A stretch of 64,000 nt of DNA, from positions 33,662 through 97,661 of the forward strand of contig JBKBRF010000025.1 of NCBI GenBank assembly GCA_046292385.1. The letters are read 5' to 3'. Position 1 is the first letter of the stretch; every line of letters begins with the position of its first letter. The translations under genes and the position numbers were made by a program. The DNA comes from Armatimonadota bacterium (GTDB lineage: Bacteria > Armatimonadota > SYMT01). A model generated the notes under the pieces. The model was not told where the DNA came from. It made no database searches and saw only the letters and a program-made list of their open reading frames with translations. Positions 47,923-57,693 of this stretch are shown in pieces.

Positions 47923-47980
47923 ACGCTGAAGCGCCCTGTACTTCCGCGAGGGTTCTCGTGAGTACAGGGCGCTTCAGCGT
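47923..47980. repeat. Perfect 20-bp inverted repeat (REP doublet / bidirectional terminator)
   Basis: ACGCTGAAGCGCCCTGTACT-N18-AGTACAGGGCGCTTCAGCGT between convergent genes. Confidence 0.8.
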
Positions 47981-48041
47981 CCTTCGGCAAAGCTCCCAGG
48001 CGGGTCGTTCACGGCGCCGCCGCGGTGGCAGTTGCCGCGCT

Positions 48042-48716
48042 CTAATAGAACCGCCGGAGGTCGGCGGCGCGGAAGCCGGGTGTTTTGGCGGTCTCCATGA
48101 TCTCCGCCTCCCGCTCGAGGATCTGCTGCGCCGCGGCCGGGATCTGGTCCGCGATCTCGGGCGGCACTACCACCACGCCGTGTCCGTCGCAGTGGAGCAG
48201 GTCGCCGGGGCGGACCGTCAGCCGGCCCAGCCGCACCGGGCCGCCTACTTCCAGGAACTTCACCTGGCCGTGGGAGACGATCACCCCGGCGCAGTGGTAC
48301 TGGAACCCCATCGCGCGGACCTGGTCCAGGTCCCGGTTCGCGCCGTTGGTGACGCAGCCGATCGCTCCGAGCGCCTGCATGCAGGTCGCCATCACTTCGC
48401 CGACGAGGGCGCCCTGCATCGGCCAGACCGGGGAGTCCTCGATCACGCAGATCGCCGGCTTGGGGCTCTCCTCGATGAGCTGGGTGTAGTTGAGCCAGCC
48501 CTGGCGCCAGCCCTGCTCCCCCACCTCACGCGGCCCCATCACGCCGGTGACGGCGTAGCCGAGCGTCACTCCCAACTCGGGAAACTGGCAGCGGATCTCC
48601 GGTCCGGTGTAGCCCCAGGTGTCCGGCCGGACCCCGAACTTCTCGATGGCGTTGGCGACCGTGCAGCTATCGATGCCCTTCAGCATCTCGAACGTCTCGG
48701 CAGAAATCGTCTTCAT
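48042..48716 (-). CDS. RraA/HMG aldolase family protein
   Basis: TVANAIE, GEVM, VTNGANRD, VRPGDLLH.D.HGVV.VP. Confidence 0.9.
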   Translation of the reverse strand: MKTISAETFEMLKGIDSCTVANAIEKFGVRPDTWGYTGPEIRCQFPELGVTLGYAVTGVMGPREVGEQGWRQGWLNYTQLIEESPKPAICVIEDSPVWPMQGALVGEVMATCMQALGAIGCVTNGANRDLDQVRAMGFQYHCAGVIVSHGQVKFLEVGGPVRLGRLTVRPGDLLHCDGHGVVVVPPEIADQIPAAAQQILEREAEIMETAKTPGFRAADLRRFY

Positions 48717-49566
48717 CGAACGCGGCTCCTGGGGCGAGGGGGACGCGGGGACCCGGTTCCCGCACCGCCTCGTTCGCGGGGGCAGGCCGGTTCCCCTGCG
48801 GCGGAACCGGCACCAGCTGCGAGCGGATCACTTCCGCGTCATCGAGGGCCACCAGCAGCCAGCGGGTCGCCTGGGAGGCGTCGAGACGGTCCCGCAGCTC
48901 CTTCAGCGCGGGGCAGAGGTGCTCGTTGCAGATGGCGGAGCGCAGCCTCCGCGGGAGCACGCAGCCCTCGCCGCCCTGGAAGACGCAGCCGTCCTGGAAG
49001 TGCACCTCGGGGAGCCGCTCCAGGTAAGTGTCGACAAACCCGGCGGTGTCGTCAGGGTGCTCCGCCAGGTAGCGCTCCAGCGCCTCGAGCCGGAGGTAGG
49101 CGTGGGTGCCGCCGGAGAGGCAGCAGAAGCCCCGGCAGGTAGCGCAGGCCGTCGCCGATACGCCGGGCGTGAAGCGGGAGCCGGCTTGAGTGGGACCGGG
49201 GGCCGAGTCCGAGGGCAGCACCGGCTCCGTGCCGGCGCGGCCGCGCTGGGCACAGAGTCTCTCCAGGTGCTCTCGGAAGCCGGCCCGCTCCTCCCGGCTC
49301 AACGGCACGAGCGGGCGGGTGTTGGCGGGAAGCGCGACCGTCTCTACCGGGGTGGACGGGGAGCCTCCCGGCTCGTCGCCCAGGCGCTGCCGCTCCCGCT
49401 CCAGTGCCCGTGACTGCCGCTTTCGGTGGGCGGAGAGCTGCTTCGCCCGCTGCGCCTCCACCTCGCGCAGCCGCGCGGTCCGGCACCGCAGGCTCTCGCA
49501 CACTCCCTGGAACCGGTAAAGCCCCCGGAGCGGAGCGCGACAGTAGGGGCAGGGGGGAGAGTGCAT
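48667..49566 (-). CDS. Cys-rich protein (YkgJ/CxxCxxCC-like Fe-S or Zn cluster) with N-terminal zinc ribbon
   Basis: CPYC...CESLRC; CATCRGFCC; GCVF....GCVL....R..ICNEHLC. Confidence 0.72.
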   Translation of the reverse strand: MHSPPCPYCRAPLRGLYRFQGVCESLRCRTARLREVEAQRAKQLSAHRKRQSRALERERQRLGDEPGGSPSTPVETVALPANTRPLVPLSREERAGFREHLERLCAQRGRAGTEPVLPSDSAPGPTQAGSRFTPGVSATACATCRGFCCLSGGTHAYLRLEALERYLAEHPDDTAGFVDTYLERLPEVHFQDGCVFQGGEGCVLPRRLRSAICNEHLCPALKELRDRLDASQATRWLLVALDDAEVIRSQLVPVPPQGNRPAPANEAVREPGPRVPLAPGAAFDEDDFCRDVRDAEGHR

Positions 49567-49605
49567 GGTGAGACTGCCGAGAGGATCCACTCTCCACCGG
49601 AGGCG

Positions 49606-50100
49606 TTAGATCGCCCGTGCCAGCGCCACGTCCCAGCCGGCGACGTTGACCGGGGTGCCCGCCTGGTTGGCGTACTCGCAGACGAACGAGCCGAACTGCA
49701 GAGTCAGGGTCTCCAGGAGCCGCAGGTCCGATCCGGTCCCCGCCTGCTCGATGCTCGCGATGATCACCTTGCCGAGCCGGTAGCGAACCCGCACGACCTC
49801 CGGGCCGGTCGACTGCACGCCCATCCCGGTGAACTCGAGAATCACCGGCTGTATGACGTCGCCCCGGGCGGCCGCGAGGAAGAGGGGATTACTGGCGGAG
49901 TCGACGGTCTTGGTGATCTGGATGCCCTGGAACTCGAAGCGCGCCGCGCCTTTGCCGGTCGTCTTCAGATCGACGCTGCTGCCGATGCTGTTCAGGTTCC
50001 GGCCCACCATCCACTGAAAGCTCAGGACCTCGATCCAGCTCTCCCGGCCCTTGATGAACGACTCACCGTCTACGCCTGCCACCTTCATAAAAATCGCCAT
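49606..50100 (-). CDS. hcp: Hcp1 family (T6SS tube-like) protein, orphan
   Basis: MAIFMKVAGVDGES...WIEVLSFQW...ITKTVDSASNPLF...ETLTL.F....EY...GWDV. Confidence 0.88.
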   Translation of the reverse strand: MAIFMKVAGVDGESFIKGRESWIEVLSFQWMVGRNLNSIGSSVDLKTTGKGAARFEFQGIQITKTVDSASNPLFLAAARGDVIQPVILEFTGMGVQSTGPEVVRVRYRLGKVIIASIEQAGTGSDLRLLETLTLQFGSFVCEYANQAGTPVNVAGWDVALARAI

Positions 50101-50128
50101 CGAAGCGTCTCCCGTCTTGGGCCGTGAC

Positions 50129-50719
50129 CTAGCCGAGCGTAGACCAGGTATCAGAGAAAGGATCGTACAGCTCTATCGCGCCCGGAGTGCGCCCCTCGCC
50201 GCCACTCAGCAGCACCCGGCCGTCCGCCAGCGTGACCGCCGCCGCGTCCGCGCGACCCGCGCCGGGGGACGCGACCGGGGTCCAGCTATTCCGGACGGGG
50301 TCGTACACCTCCGCTCCGGCGATGAGCATCGTGTTCACTCCGCCGACCACCAGCACCCTTCCGTCGGGCAGGGCTGCCGCGGCGTGGCGCGCGCGTGGGG
50401 AGCACATCGGGGCGACCGCGTGCCAGCTCTTCCGGATCGGGTCGAAGAGGAGGGCGCTCGCGAGGGGATGGCGGTGGAAGCCGCCCGCCACGAGGACGCG
50501 GCCGTCCTGCAGCAGGGTCGCCGTATGGTGGGCCCTCGGCTCCGGGGTCACCGGCGGCCCGGAAGGCGCCGGCGCCGCAGCGGTTCCGCGGGGCGCCGCC
50601 TCCGCGGGGGCGGCGGTGAGGACGCTGCCCACCAGCCCGGCTCCGAGCCCGCCGAGCGCCTCCCGCCGGCTGATGCGGACCCGCGCCTCCGTATCCGGGC
50701 GCGACTCTCTCTGGGGCAT
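50129..50719 (-). CDS. Tat-exported Kelch repeat protein (three repeats)
   Basis: SRREAL Tat motif; three PR..H.A..L.DGRVLV.GG...YDP...W repeats. Confidence 0.85.
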   Translation of the reverse strand: MPQRESRPDTEARVRISRREALGGLGAGLVGSVLTAAPAEAAPRGTAAAPAPSGPPVTPEPRAHHTATLLQDGRVLVAGGFHRHPLASALLFDPIRKSWHAVAPMCSPRARHAAAALPDGRVLVVGGVNTMLIAGAEVYDPVRNSWTPVASPGAGRADAAAVTLADGRVLLSGGEGRTPGAIELYDPFSDTWSTLG

Positions 50720-50931
50720 GGCACCACTCCTTACGTCACACCCGCACCAGCAGGCAAATGGGCTAAATGGGCGGGCGCTCGATCGCTCGCCGGCAGCACC
50801 ATAGAGTTAGATAGGGGTCAGTTTTATCTCCTTCAAGCCCTGCCGAAGATTTTTCCGCTCCAGACGCAGCGCGGCCCGGCAGGCTCACTGGTGGGGCCTG
50901 CCGGGCCGCAGGTCGGAACGAGGGCGGCTCG

Positions 50932-52287
50932 CTACTTGCCGCCGCAGGTGAGGGGGGCGATCAGGCTGCCGTCTTCGTCGAACTGCATCTGCGCGGGCGA
51001 GGCGCTGATCTCCAGGTGCGGCTGGGCCCGTGCCTCTTCCAGCAGGCCGGGGCTGATCCAGATCTCCCCGATCTCCAGCGTGTTGCGGATCAGGACGAAC
51101 CGCAGGCTCTCCGGCGTCACGCGGACCGCCGTCTTCACCGCGGCGGCGATGGCGGCGCGGTCGTTCTGCATGATCACCGGCAGGAACGCCCCGATCAGGT
51201 GCGAGGCGGTCATGCAGTTAGCGTAGGTGGCGGGGAGGTCGAGCTTCTGGAGCACCCGCAGGGTGATGACGTCGCCGAGGCCGATGCCGGAGGCGTTGCC
51301 GTGGGTCTCCGGGGTGAGGTCGAGCACCGCGATGTGCTGCACCGGCGGCGTATCGGTATAACGCGGGCCGTTGCTGCGGATGAAGCGGCCGCAGACGTTC
51401 GGGTCCATCCCGCTGCCGCTGATGTTTTTGCCGATCGCCTGGATCGTCAGCACGTCGATCGAGGTGAACGGCAGGCTCGGCATCAGCGACCGCGCCTCGA
51501 TCAGCAGCTCCTTCTCCCGCTCTTCGAAGAGCTCGGAGAGCACCGCCTCGATGCGCGCCGGCTCGTCGTAGCCGTTCTCCACCACCGCCAGACCGAAGAG
51601 GATCGGCTGGCTCTGCAGCACGATCCGGGCGGCGGCCGGGATCAGCTCTTCGAAGCGGTCCATCCCCGCCGCGTGCAGCGTATCGGCGCCGTTCTGCTTG
51701 CCGAGGCCGATGGTGAGCATCTTCATCAACCCGCTCTCGACCGGCCCCCGGAACCCGGTGTGCGGCTTCACGCGCGCCACGGGGATGATCCCGTCGGCGC
51801 CCATCGCGTCGGTGGAGCAGAAGACCGGCACGCCCTCCGGCGTGGTCCCGATCTGGCGCGTCTCGATGGAGGAGACGATCGGCGCCCCCATCCGCTCCTC
51901 GGTGATGCCGTAGTCCGCCAGCACGCGGATCTGCCCCTCCGCGGTGGCGCCGCCGTGGCTTCCCATCGCCGGAATGATGAACGGATCCGCCCCGGCCGCC
52001 TTCACCTCCCGCACCAGCGCGCGCACGATCTCGCCGATCTTCGCGATCCCGCGGCTCCCGACCGCCAGGCAGATCCGGCTGCCCGGCCGGATCCGCTCCC
52101 GCACCTCCGGCCGCTGCAGCTCCGCCGCCACCGCCGCCTGCACGTCTTCTATCAGCGGCCGGGGGAACTTCTGGCGCACGTGGTAGAGCGGCGGCAGCGG
52201 CACGTCCCGCAGCGCGGCGGAAAGGCCGGGGCCCAGGCGGGTGGAGATATCGGCAAGCTGGTCGATCCAGGGAAGCAGCGGGTTCAT
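50932..52287 (-). CDS. LarA-superfamily (lactate racemase domain, DUF362/DUF2088-like) protein
   Basis: VGSRGI, PAMGSHGGAT, RVKPHT, ESGLMKM..IGLGK, GKNISG.GMDPNV. Confidence 0.8.
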   Translation of the reverse strand: MNPLLPWIDQLADISTRLGPGLSAALRDVPLPPLYHVRQKFPRPLIEDVQAAVAAELQRPEVRERIRPGSRICLAVGSRGIAKIGEIVRALVREVKAAGADPFIIPAMGSHGGATAEGQIRVLADYGITEERMGAPIVSSIETRQIGTTPEGVPVFCSTDAMGADGIIPVARVKPHTGFRGPVESGLMKMLTIGLGKQNGADTLHAAGMDRFEELIPAAARIVLQSQPILFGLAVVENGYDEPARIEAVLSELFEEREKELLIEARSLMPSLPFTSIDVLTIQAIGKNISGSGMDPNVCGRFIRSNGPRYTDTPPVQHIAVLDLTPETHGNASGIGLGDVITLRVLQKLDLPATYANCMTASHLIGAFLPVIMQNDRAAIAAAVKTAVRVTPESLRFVLIRNTLEIGEIWISPGLLEEARAQPHLEISASPAQMQFDEDGSLIAPLTCGGK

Positions 52288-52363
52288 CGAGCACTCCGGG
52301 AGAAGCTGTTTACACTAGGAAAGTTCCGGGCGCGGCGCGGAAGCTCCTGCCGGCTCGAGGGTG

Positions 52364-52390
52364 CAGCGTTTAGCGTTTAGGGTGTAGGGG
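52364..52390. repeat. Solo TAG(C/G)GTN heptamer tract
   Basis: CAGCGTT TAGCGTT TAGGGTG TAGGGG; shares GTTTAGGGTGTAGG with 8411-8424. Confidence 0.7.
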
Positions 52391-52438
52391 TGGGCAGCGG
52401 GAGGGTCGCTCCTTCTCGTTCTCTCTCTCCGCCACCGG

Positions 52439-52488
52439 GCGGTTGAAACCGCGGCAACCACGGCACGAAGTCCGCCTCCGCGGACTCA
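52439..52488. repeat. REP-like element
   Basis: GCGGTTGAAACCGC...CGAAGTCCGCCTCCGCGGACTCA; reverse-oriented relative of 23181-23232. Confidence 0.65.
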
Positions 52489-52773
52489 GATGCGCCTGGT
52501 TTGGGCGTCCGGGGGACGCTTGGCCGGAGGCCGTCCAGCGAGGGAATTCACTCCCTCGCAGTGCCGAGCGTGGCTCTCCCCGTTACCGAGCTATCTGGTA
52601 AACCTCTGAAACTGCCGGCAATTCCCATCAGTGAAGCACCCTTCGTATCCAGAGATCGACGCGCTACCAGTTGGGAGATGCCCGGGAGGGAAACCGCGGC
52701 CGGGCGGCGGATAATTCCGGGAGCGAGCGACCGGCCGCACTCCTGCCATCCTGCCGATTTGTGAGGTCCCCCG

Positions 52774-54012
52774 ATGCGAGCTTCCCGACGTGACATCTTG
52801 CTGCTCCTGGGAGCGCTCGCTGCGGGCGGGGCGTCGGCGGCGCCGATCCGACGGCGCCCGGGGCTGGCGTCCAACCGGGTGCTCCGGGTGGGCGGGCTCT
52901 TCCCGCTGAGCGGTCCTTCCGGCGGCGCGGGAGCGGCGCGGCGGGCGGCGCTGGAGATCGCGGCGGAAGAGATCAACGCGGAGCTGGATCGCAAGAAGCG
53001 CCGCCTGCGGGTGCGGCTCTTCTTCGCCGACACGCAGCTCGACCCGGCGCAGGCCCTGAAGCAGCTGAAACGGCTCTACCGCCAGGGAGTGCGGACCGTG
53101 GTCGGACCGTTTACCAGCGCCGAGCTGGAGGTACTGAAGCCGTTCGCCGACGCGCGCGGAATCCTGCTCCTGAGCGCGGACAGCACCGCCAGCGCCCTGA
53201 GCATCCCGGGCGATAACGTGCTGCGGTTCTGCCCGAGCGACATCACCATGGGGCAGGCGATCGCGGCGCTCCTGGCGGCCGACGGCGTCGACGTAATCGT
53301 CCCGATCTGGCGCGGCGACTCCGGCAACGACGGCATCGTGAGCTCCGTCACCGCGGCGTTTACCGCTCTCGGCGGCGAGGTCCGGGAAGGGGTGCGGTAC
53401 GATCCGGGCACGACCGACTTCACCGCCGCCGCCGCGGGCCTGGCCGCCCTCTACGAGGAGGTCGAGGCGCAGGAGCCGGGGCGCATCGCCGTCTTTTACA
53501 GCGGCTTCGACGAGGCGATCCAGCTTTTCGCCGCGGTGCAGGCCCATGCGGCGCTCGCCGGGGCGGCGTGGTACGGCAGCGACGGCACCGTCCACAGTCC
53601 CGCGCTGCTGGCGGACGAGGCGGCGGCGGAGTTCGCGTTCCGGAGCGGCTATCCGAACGTCTCCGCCGGCCTGGACGAGTCGGCGCGCCCGATCTGGGAG
53701 CCGCTGGGGGCGGCAATCCAGGCAGAGAGCGGTGAGGAAGCCGACTTCTACTCCTTCGCCTGCTACGACGCGCTCTGGGTCGCCGCGCTGGCCCACCTGG
53801 AGGCCGGGGTGAACGCCCGGGCGGCTCGGCGGCGGGAAGCGGTGATCTCCATGGCCGGCCGCTACTTCGGCGCCTCCGGCTGGACCCGCCTGAACGAAGC
53901 CGGCGACCGCGAGAGCGGCAGCTACGACTTCTGGGCGATCCGCCCCACGGAGGGCGGCTACCAGTGGGAGCGGGTGGCGCGGTACACCGATGGGCACCTC
54001 CGGCGGGACTGA
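52774..54012 (+). CDS. Periplasmic binding protein (branched-chain amino acid/ANF type), Tat-like leader, orphan
   Basis: SRRDIL, RVGGLFPLSG, VVGPFTSAE, LRFCPSD, YDALWV. Confidence 0.85.
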   Translation: MRASRRDILLLLGALAAGGASAAPIRRRPGLASNRVLRVGGLFPLSGPSGGAGAARRAALEIAAEEINAELDRKKRRLRVRLFFADTQLDPAQALKQLKRLYRQGVRTVVGPFTSAELEVLKPFADARGILLLSADSTASALSIPGDNVLRFCPSDITMGQAIAALLAADGVDVIVPIWRGDSGNDGIVSSVTAAFTALGGEVREGVRYDPGTTDFTAAAAGLAALYEEVEAQEPGRIAVFYSGFDEAIQLFAAVQAHAALAGAAWYGSDGTVHSPALLADEAAAEFAFRSGYPNVSAGLDESARPIWEPLGAAIQAESGEEADFYSFACYDALWVAALAHLEAGVNARAARRREAVISMAGRYFGASGWTRLNEAGDRESGSYDFWAIRPTEGGYQWERVARYTDGHLRRD

Positions 54013-54105
54013 GCTCGGTTTTGCACGCAAGCGATCTGGAGAATACCTTCGATACGGCCGATCATTCCGGCTGATGCTGAACTGATCCGCCGCACCTGAC
54101 AGCCG

Positions 54106-54501
54106 ATGAGCCAGATCCGCCCCGAAACGATCCTGGTGGTTGAAGACGAGGAGATGGTCCGCGCCACCATCTGCGATCTGCTTGAGCTCGCCGGGTTCCA
54201 GGCAGAGCAGGCCGGGGACGGCCGTCACGCGCTGGAGTGGCTGCGCACCCACTCGCCCCCCTCGGTGATCCTGCTCGACCTGATGATGCCCCAGATGACC
54301 GGGCGGGACGTGCTGGACGCGCTCGAGAACGACGCTCGCCTCTCCGCGGTTCCGGTCATCGTGGTCACCGGCTACCCCGTGGAGGCGTCCGGTCTCAGCT
54401 ATCCGCAGATTCACGGCTTCTTCTCCAAGCCGTACAGCGTCGACAAGCTGCTCGACTGCATTGCCGACTGCCTGGCCGGAACGCCGCGGACCCTGAACTG
54501 A
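54106..54501 (+). CDS. Single-domain response regulator
   Basis: ILVVEDE, ILLDLMMPQMTG, VVTG, SKP. Confidence 0.93.
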   Translation: MSQIRPETILVVEDEEMVRATICDLLELAGFQAEQAGDGRHALEWLRTHSPPSVILLDLMMPQMTGRDVLDALENDARLSAVPVIVVTGYPVEASGLSYPQIHGFFSKPYSVDKLLDCIADCLAGTPRTLN

Positions 54502-54559
54502 GGGGCGACGGTAGACTGCCGTCCAACATGGCGGAGAGCATCGGGTAGACTACTGCGGT

Positions 54560-55852
54560 ATGTCTCCCGTCTCCTACGGTCAGCTCGTCCGCACCAACCG
54601 CAACTTTCGCCACTGGTGGGGTGGGCAGATCGTCTCGCAGCTCGGTGACTGGTTCAACGTCATCACCGTCAACGCGCTGCTGCTGCAGTACACCGGAAAC
54701 GAGCTCTCCCTGCTCGGCTTCACCCTGGCGCAGATGCTGCCCGGCTTCCTGCTGGGACCGCTGGCGGGGGTGATCGTCGACCGCTTCTCCCGCAAGGGGG
54801 TGATGATCGCGGCCGACCTGGCGCGGGCGGCGATCGCACTGGGGCTGCTGCTCTTCCGGGGCCCGGAAACCGCGTGGATCGCCTACGCGTGCATCCTGGG
54901 ACTTCAGGTCTTCGCCGCGTTCTTCGAGCCGGCGCGGATGGCGACGCTGCCGGCGATCACCACGAAGGACGAGCTGGTGACGGCCAATGCGCTCTCGTCG
55001 GTCACCTGGAGTATTCTCCTCACCTCCGGCGCGCTGGCGGGCTCGGTGGTGGCGGGCCTCTTCGGGCCGAGTGCCGCCTTCGTGCTGAACAGCGTCTCCT
55101 TTCTCGGCTCCGCGCTGCTGCTCGCCGGGCTGCGGGTGCCCCCGGCGGCAGGGGGCGGCGCGCCCTCGCGCGGGCTCGGAGACCTGGTGGACGGATTCGC
55201 CTACATGCGGCGGCACCCGCAGATCGCGGGAGCGCTCACCGCCAAACTGGGGTGGGGACTCGCCGGCGGGGTGCAGGTCCTGCTGATCGTCTACGGCCAG
55301 CGGATCTTTCCACTCGGAAACGATCCGAGCGGCGTGGTGGCGATCGGGATCCTCTACGCGGCGGGCGGGCTGGGCACCGCCCTGGGACCGATCGTGGCGC
55401 GGCGCCTCACCGGGCGAGAGCTGCCGCGCATCCGGTGGGCGATTGCCCTCTCCTTCCTGATGGCGGGAGTCTTCTATGCCTGCATGGGCGGCGCGCCGAA
55501 CCTGGGCGTCACCGCCGCGTTCCTGCTCGCGGCGCGGCTCCACGGCGCCATCGTGTGGGTCTTCAGCACCGTCTTGCTGCAGCTGCTGGTGGAGGACCGG
55601 TTCCGGGGCCGCGTCTTCGCGGCGGAGACCTCGCTCTTCACGCTGACGATGATGCTCTCTACAGCCGGGGTCACGCTGGCGCTCCGGCAGGACTGGGCGA
55701 GCGTGCCGCAGCTCATGGTGATCCTCGGCGGCAGCTCGCTGGGGGTGGGCATCGTCTGGCTCCTTCGCCTCCTGCGCGGGCGCCTGCCGGGGCCGGCGCC
55801 GGGGGCGGCCGGAGCGGCATCCGAACCGGAGGGCGAGAGTGCGGCGGGATAG
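54560..55852 (+). CDS. MFS transporter
   Basis: Multiple TM helices; GVIVDRFSRK motif A. Confidence 0.92.
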   Translation: MSPVSYGQLVRTNRNFRHWWGGQIVSQLGDWFNVITVNALLLQYTGNELSLLGFTLAQMLPGFLLGPLAGVIVDRFSRKGVMIAADLARAAIALGLLLFRGPETAWIAYACILGLQVFAAFFEPARMATLPAITTKDELVTANALSSVTWSILLTSGALAGSVVAGLFGPSAAFVLNSVSFLGSALLLAGLRVPPAAGGGAPSRGLGDLVDGFAYMRRHPQIAGALTAKLGWGLAGGVQVLLIVYGQRIFPLGNDPSGVVAIGILYAAGGLGTALGPIVARRLTGRELPRIRWAIALSFLMAGVFYACMGGAPNLGVTAAFLLAARLHGAIVWVFSTVLLQLLVEDRFRGRVFAAETSLFTLTMMLSTAGVTLALRQDWASVPQLMVILGGSSLGVGIVWLLRLLRGRLPGPAPGAAGAASEPEGESAAG

Positions 55853-57119
55853 CAGCGAGCCCGGTGAGGCGACGGAGCAGAGGCACGACGGCGAAGCGAC
55901 CTCCTGGAGGCGCGAGGTCGCTATCGTGTGGGTGGCAGTGCTGATCGCGCTGATGGGCATGTCGCTGGTGATCCCGTTCCTCCCGCTCTACCTGAAGCAG
56001 GACCTGGGGGTGCCGGAGGAGCAGACGCGCCTCTGGGCGGGCTGGGTCGGCGGCGCCAACTTCTTCATGGCGGCGCTCTGCGCGCCGCTCTGGGGCTCCC
56101 TGGCAGACCGCTACGGCCGCAAGCCGATGGCGATCCGGGCGCTGGTGGGCCTCGCGGTGGCGGTCGGGCTGATGGGGTTCGCACAGAACGTCTACCAGCT
56201 CTTCGCGCTGCGGATGCTGCAGGGCGCCTTCGGCGGCTTCGTCGCGGCGGCGATTGCGCTCGTCGGGACCACGGTCCCGCGCGACCGCCTCGGCGGCGTG
56301 CTCGGGTTCGTGCAGACCGCCGTGGTCGGCGGAAACCTGATCGGCCCGCTGCTCGGCGGGGAGCTCAGCCACCACTTCGGGTACCGGGCGACGTTTCAGA
56401 TCACCGGCGGCGCGCTGGTGGTCGCCATGCTGCTCATCGTCTTCCTGGTGCGGGAGCGCCACTCCCCGCCGGAGGGCGACGAGCGCCGGGGCGTGGTCCG
56501 CAACGTGCGGGACCTCCTCTCCGTCCCCACCCTGCGCTGGGTGCTGCTCGCGGTCGTCTGCGCGCAGACCGGCCTGATGCTGGTGAACCCGCAGATCTCG
56601 CTCTTCGTGGAGGAGCTGCTCCCGGACAGCCGGTCGGTGGAGCGGTGGGCCGGCCTCGTGACGGCGGCGCCCGGCTTCGCCAGCTTTCTCGCCGCGCCGC
56701 TCTGGGGCCGCGCCGGAGACCGGCGGGGCCACGCCACCGTCCTGACGCTTGCCCTGCTCGGCGCCGGGCTCGTCTCCCCCTGGGCCGCTGCCGTGAGCGC
56801 GGTCTGGCACCTGGTGGTGGTGCGCTTCATGCTCGGCGGCTTCACCGCGGCGATGAACCCGTGCCACCACTCGGTGGTGGCGCACCAGGTGGAGGAGCAC
56901 CGGACCGCCGGCGCCTTCTCGCTCCTCTCCAGCGCGCAGATGCTCGGCGCCTGCATCGGGCCGTTTGCGAGCGGACCCCTCGCCGCGAGCTGGGGCGTCC
57001 GCCCCCTCTTCCCGCTCGCGGGCGCGCTGCTCCTCGCCGCCGCCTGCGCCGTCCTCCGCGTGAGGCGCCTGGAAGCGCAGGCCCACCGCGGAGCCCCCAG
57101 CCCCGCCGCCGCGGAGTAG
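55839..57119 (+). CDS. MFS transporter (DHA1/MdtG-like); start uncertain
   Basis: PFLPLY, WGSLADRYGRKPM, RMLQG, GPLLGG. Confidence 0.9.
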   Translation: MRRDSSEPGEATEQRHDGEATSWRREVAIVWVAVLIALMGMSLVIPFLPLYLKQDLGVPEEQTRLWAGWVGGANFFMAALCAPLWGSLADRYGRKPMAIRALVGLAVAVGLMGFAQNVYQLFALRMLQGAFGGFVAAAIALVGTTVPRDRLGGVLGFVQTAVVGGNLIGPLLGGELSHHFGYRATFQITGGALVVAMLLIVFLVRERHSPPEGDERRGVVRNVRDLLSVPTLRWVLLAVVCAQTGLMLVNPQISLFVEELLPDSRSVERWAGLVTAAPGFASFLAAPLWGRAGDRRGHATVLTLALLGAGLVSPWAAAVSAVWHLVVVRFMLGGFTAAMNPCHHSVVAHQVEEHRTAGAFSLLSSAQMLGACIGPFASGPLAASWGVRPLFPLAGALLLAAACAVLRVRRLEAQAHRGAPSPAAAE

Positions 57120-57262
57120 CGGTTTTCTGGTTCCAAGTTGCAACCTGCAACGTGTCAGGCCAACGCGTCAACCCCGTGCCGGCATCGGGGTATCATACGG
57201 GTGGCGGCCCGGAGGTGGTGAGGCACGGCGCCGCCGAGACGCACGCGATGAAGGAGGCCCTC

Positions 57263-57685
57263 ATGATCCGCCTGGCACGCCTGGCATTCTCGGCGTTCAC
57301 CGCCGCCCTGCTCCTCCCCGGACTGCTCGCCGCGGTGCCCGCCGCCGCGCAGGGAGACGACCAGCCGCTCACCATCGGCACCACCCAGGTCTTCATCATC
57401 CGGAACGGCGATCGGCTGAACGGCCGGAGCTGGACGGTGCAGGACCGGATCGACCACGTGCAGGACGTGCTGCCGGAGCACCTGGGGAACCCGAACAGCC
57501 GCTTTACCACCAAGAAGTGGGGCGATCGGGTGCACATCTACCTGAACGGCGACTTCATCCTGGCGGTGACCCCCGCCGACGCCGGGTCGACCGCTTACAA
57601 GTCGGCCGCCGAGCTGGCGCCGATCTGGCTCAAGGGGCTGCAGCGCGGTTTCGAAGCCGCCCACGTGCGGCAGTCCGGCGGTTAG
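57263..57685 (+). CDS. Hypothetical secreted protein
   Basis: AAGGAGG RBS, signal peptide ending AAA, host codon usage. Confidence 0.8.
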   Translation: MIRLARLAFSAFTAALLLPGLLAAVPAAAQGDDQPLTIGTTQVFIIRNGDRLNGRSWTVQDRIDHVQDVLPEHLGNPNSRFTTKKWGDRVHIYLNGDFILAVTPADAGSTAYKSAAELAPIWLKGLQRGFEAAHVRQSGG

Positions 57686-57693
57686 CGACCGCC

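Noticed and set aside
40807..50100. T6SS locus (Fha/PppA/PpkA-like triad plus hcp)
   Set aside because: No structural T6SS genes; the triad and hcp are separated by housekeeping genes, and such triads are widespread
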